A stretch of 63,719 nucleotides of DNA, the filler included, from Octopus bimaculoides (lineage: Eukaryota): NCBI RefSeq assembly GCF_001194135.2. It is 9 parts of 8 records of this genome, joined end to end, with 100 filler letters (N's around TTAATTAATTAA, not from the genome) between each part and the next. Parts side by side here need not be neighbours in the genome. Positions count along the whole stretch, not along the records: positions 62,630 to 63,719 come from NW_026426320.1; 8 more parts are not named here. One strand, written 5' to 3'. The translations under genes were made by a program, and so were the position numbers. Each line of letters opens with the position of its first letter. Position 1 is the stretch's first letter. Shown piece after piece: positions 62,630-63,719 of this stretch. Under the pieces are notes generated by a model. That model did no database searches. It saw only the letters and a program-made list of their open reading frames with translations, and had not been told where the DNA came from.

Positions 62630-63590
62630 CCACGCACAAGGCTTTGGTTGGCCCGAGGCTATAGTAGAAGGCACTTGCCCAAGATGCCACGCAGTAGGAC
62701 TGAACCCGGAACCATGTGGTTGGTAAGCAAGCTACTTACCACACAGTCACTCCTGCGCCTATGACAAGAAACGTTTCAATTGATACAATTAATGGAACAG
62801 TACGTTCCTGAAATTAATGTGCAAGTGGCTGAGTACTCCACAGACATGCATACCCTTAACGTAGTTCTCAGGGAGATTCAGAGTGACACAGAGTGTGACA
62901 AGGCTGGCCCCTTTAAATTACAGGTACGACTCATTTTTGCTCGCTGAGTGGACTGGTGCAACATGAAATAAAGTCTCTTGTTCAAAGACACAATGTGATG
63001 CCAGGAATCGAATTCATAAGTGGAATACACTGACCCATGGCCTAAACTTTGCTTGCGAAGACCAGTTGAGGCAAGTGAAATCAAAATCAAAATCAAAATC
63101 GCTAACCTGGTTGATGACGGTACCGCTTGATTGATACTCGTGCCAGTGGAACGTTAAAAGCATCATCCGAGTGTGATCGTTGCCAGGGCTGCTGATTGGC
63201 TCCCGTGCCGGTGGCACGTAAAAGGTACCATTCAAGCGTGATCATTGCTAGCGTCGCCTTACTGGCACATGTGCCAGTAGCATGTGAAAAACAACACTCA
63301 GGCATGGTTGTTGCCAGTGCTGCTAGACTGGGTCCCGTGCAGGTAGCATATAAAAAACACCATTCGAGCATGGTCGTTGCCAGAACCACCTGACTGGCCC
63401 TTGTGCCAGTGGCACGTAAAAGCACCCACTACACTCTTGGAGTGGTCGGTGTTAGGAAGGGCATCCAGCTGTAGAAACTTTGCCAGATCAGATTGAAGCC
63501 TGGTGCAGCCTTCTATCAGTCTTCAGTCAAATTGTCCAACCCATGCCAGCATGGAAAGCGGACGTTAAACAATGATGATGATGATGATAT
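62630..63590. mobile_element. Stack of three SINEs (two minus, one plus with internal GTGCCAGTGGCACGTAAAA repeats)
   Basis: 62630-62760 head; 62780-63050 shares GTGGCTGAG.ACT.CACAGAC...CCCTTAACGTAGTTCTCAGGGAGATTCAG with 37690-37860; 63090-63590 ends in a (GAT)n tail. Confidence 0.85.
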
Positions 63591-63719
63591 TATAATTAAA
63601 AATTATATTTATATATATATACTATAGATATATGTATACATATATAATAATTAAGAGTAATATATATGTATATATATATGTATATATATATACACACATA
63701 CATACATGCATATCTATAT

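Overview
Gap-rich, AT-rich metazoan genomic DNA saturated with (TA)n/(CA)n/(ATA)n/(CAT)n microsatellites and tRNA-derived SINEs. The repeat repertoire resembles a coleoid cephalopod (Octopus-like) genome; this is an inference from repeat content. Most ORFs in the supplied track are microsatellite or N-gap artefacts. Host-gene signal: phase-compatible plus-strand exons of an unidentified low-complexity protein at 1-3293, plus weaker exon candidates at 27.8 kb (-), 37.2 kb (+) and 56.2 kb (-). Mobile elements: a decayed Helitron (20.7-24.5 kb) lacking its HUH histidines and carrying a templated internal insertion; two Penelope-like RT fragments; three R4/Dong-type RLE LINE fragments; a Tx1/L1 fragment; Tc1 and mariner pieces; hAT, piggyBac-like and foldback MITEs. 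The most striking unannotated signal is a structurally complete type I hammerhead ribozyme at 48739-48830, with a full catalytic core, a 14-bp stem II and a palindromic stem III. A family of degenerate minimal hammerheads (4.8, 25.7, 31.2 kb) and a second hammerhead-like family lacking GAAA (54.0, 60.1 kb) accompany it. Eight TTAATTAATTAA motifs inside N-runs are assembly spacers.
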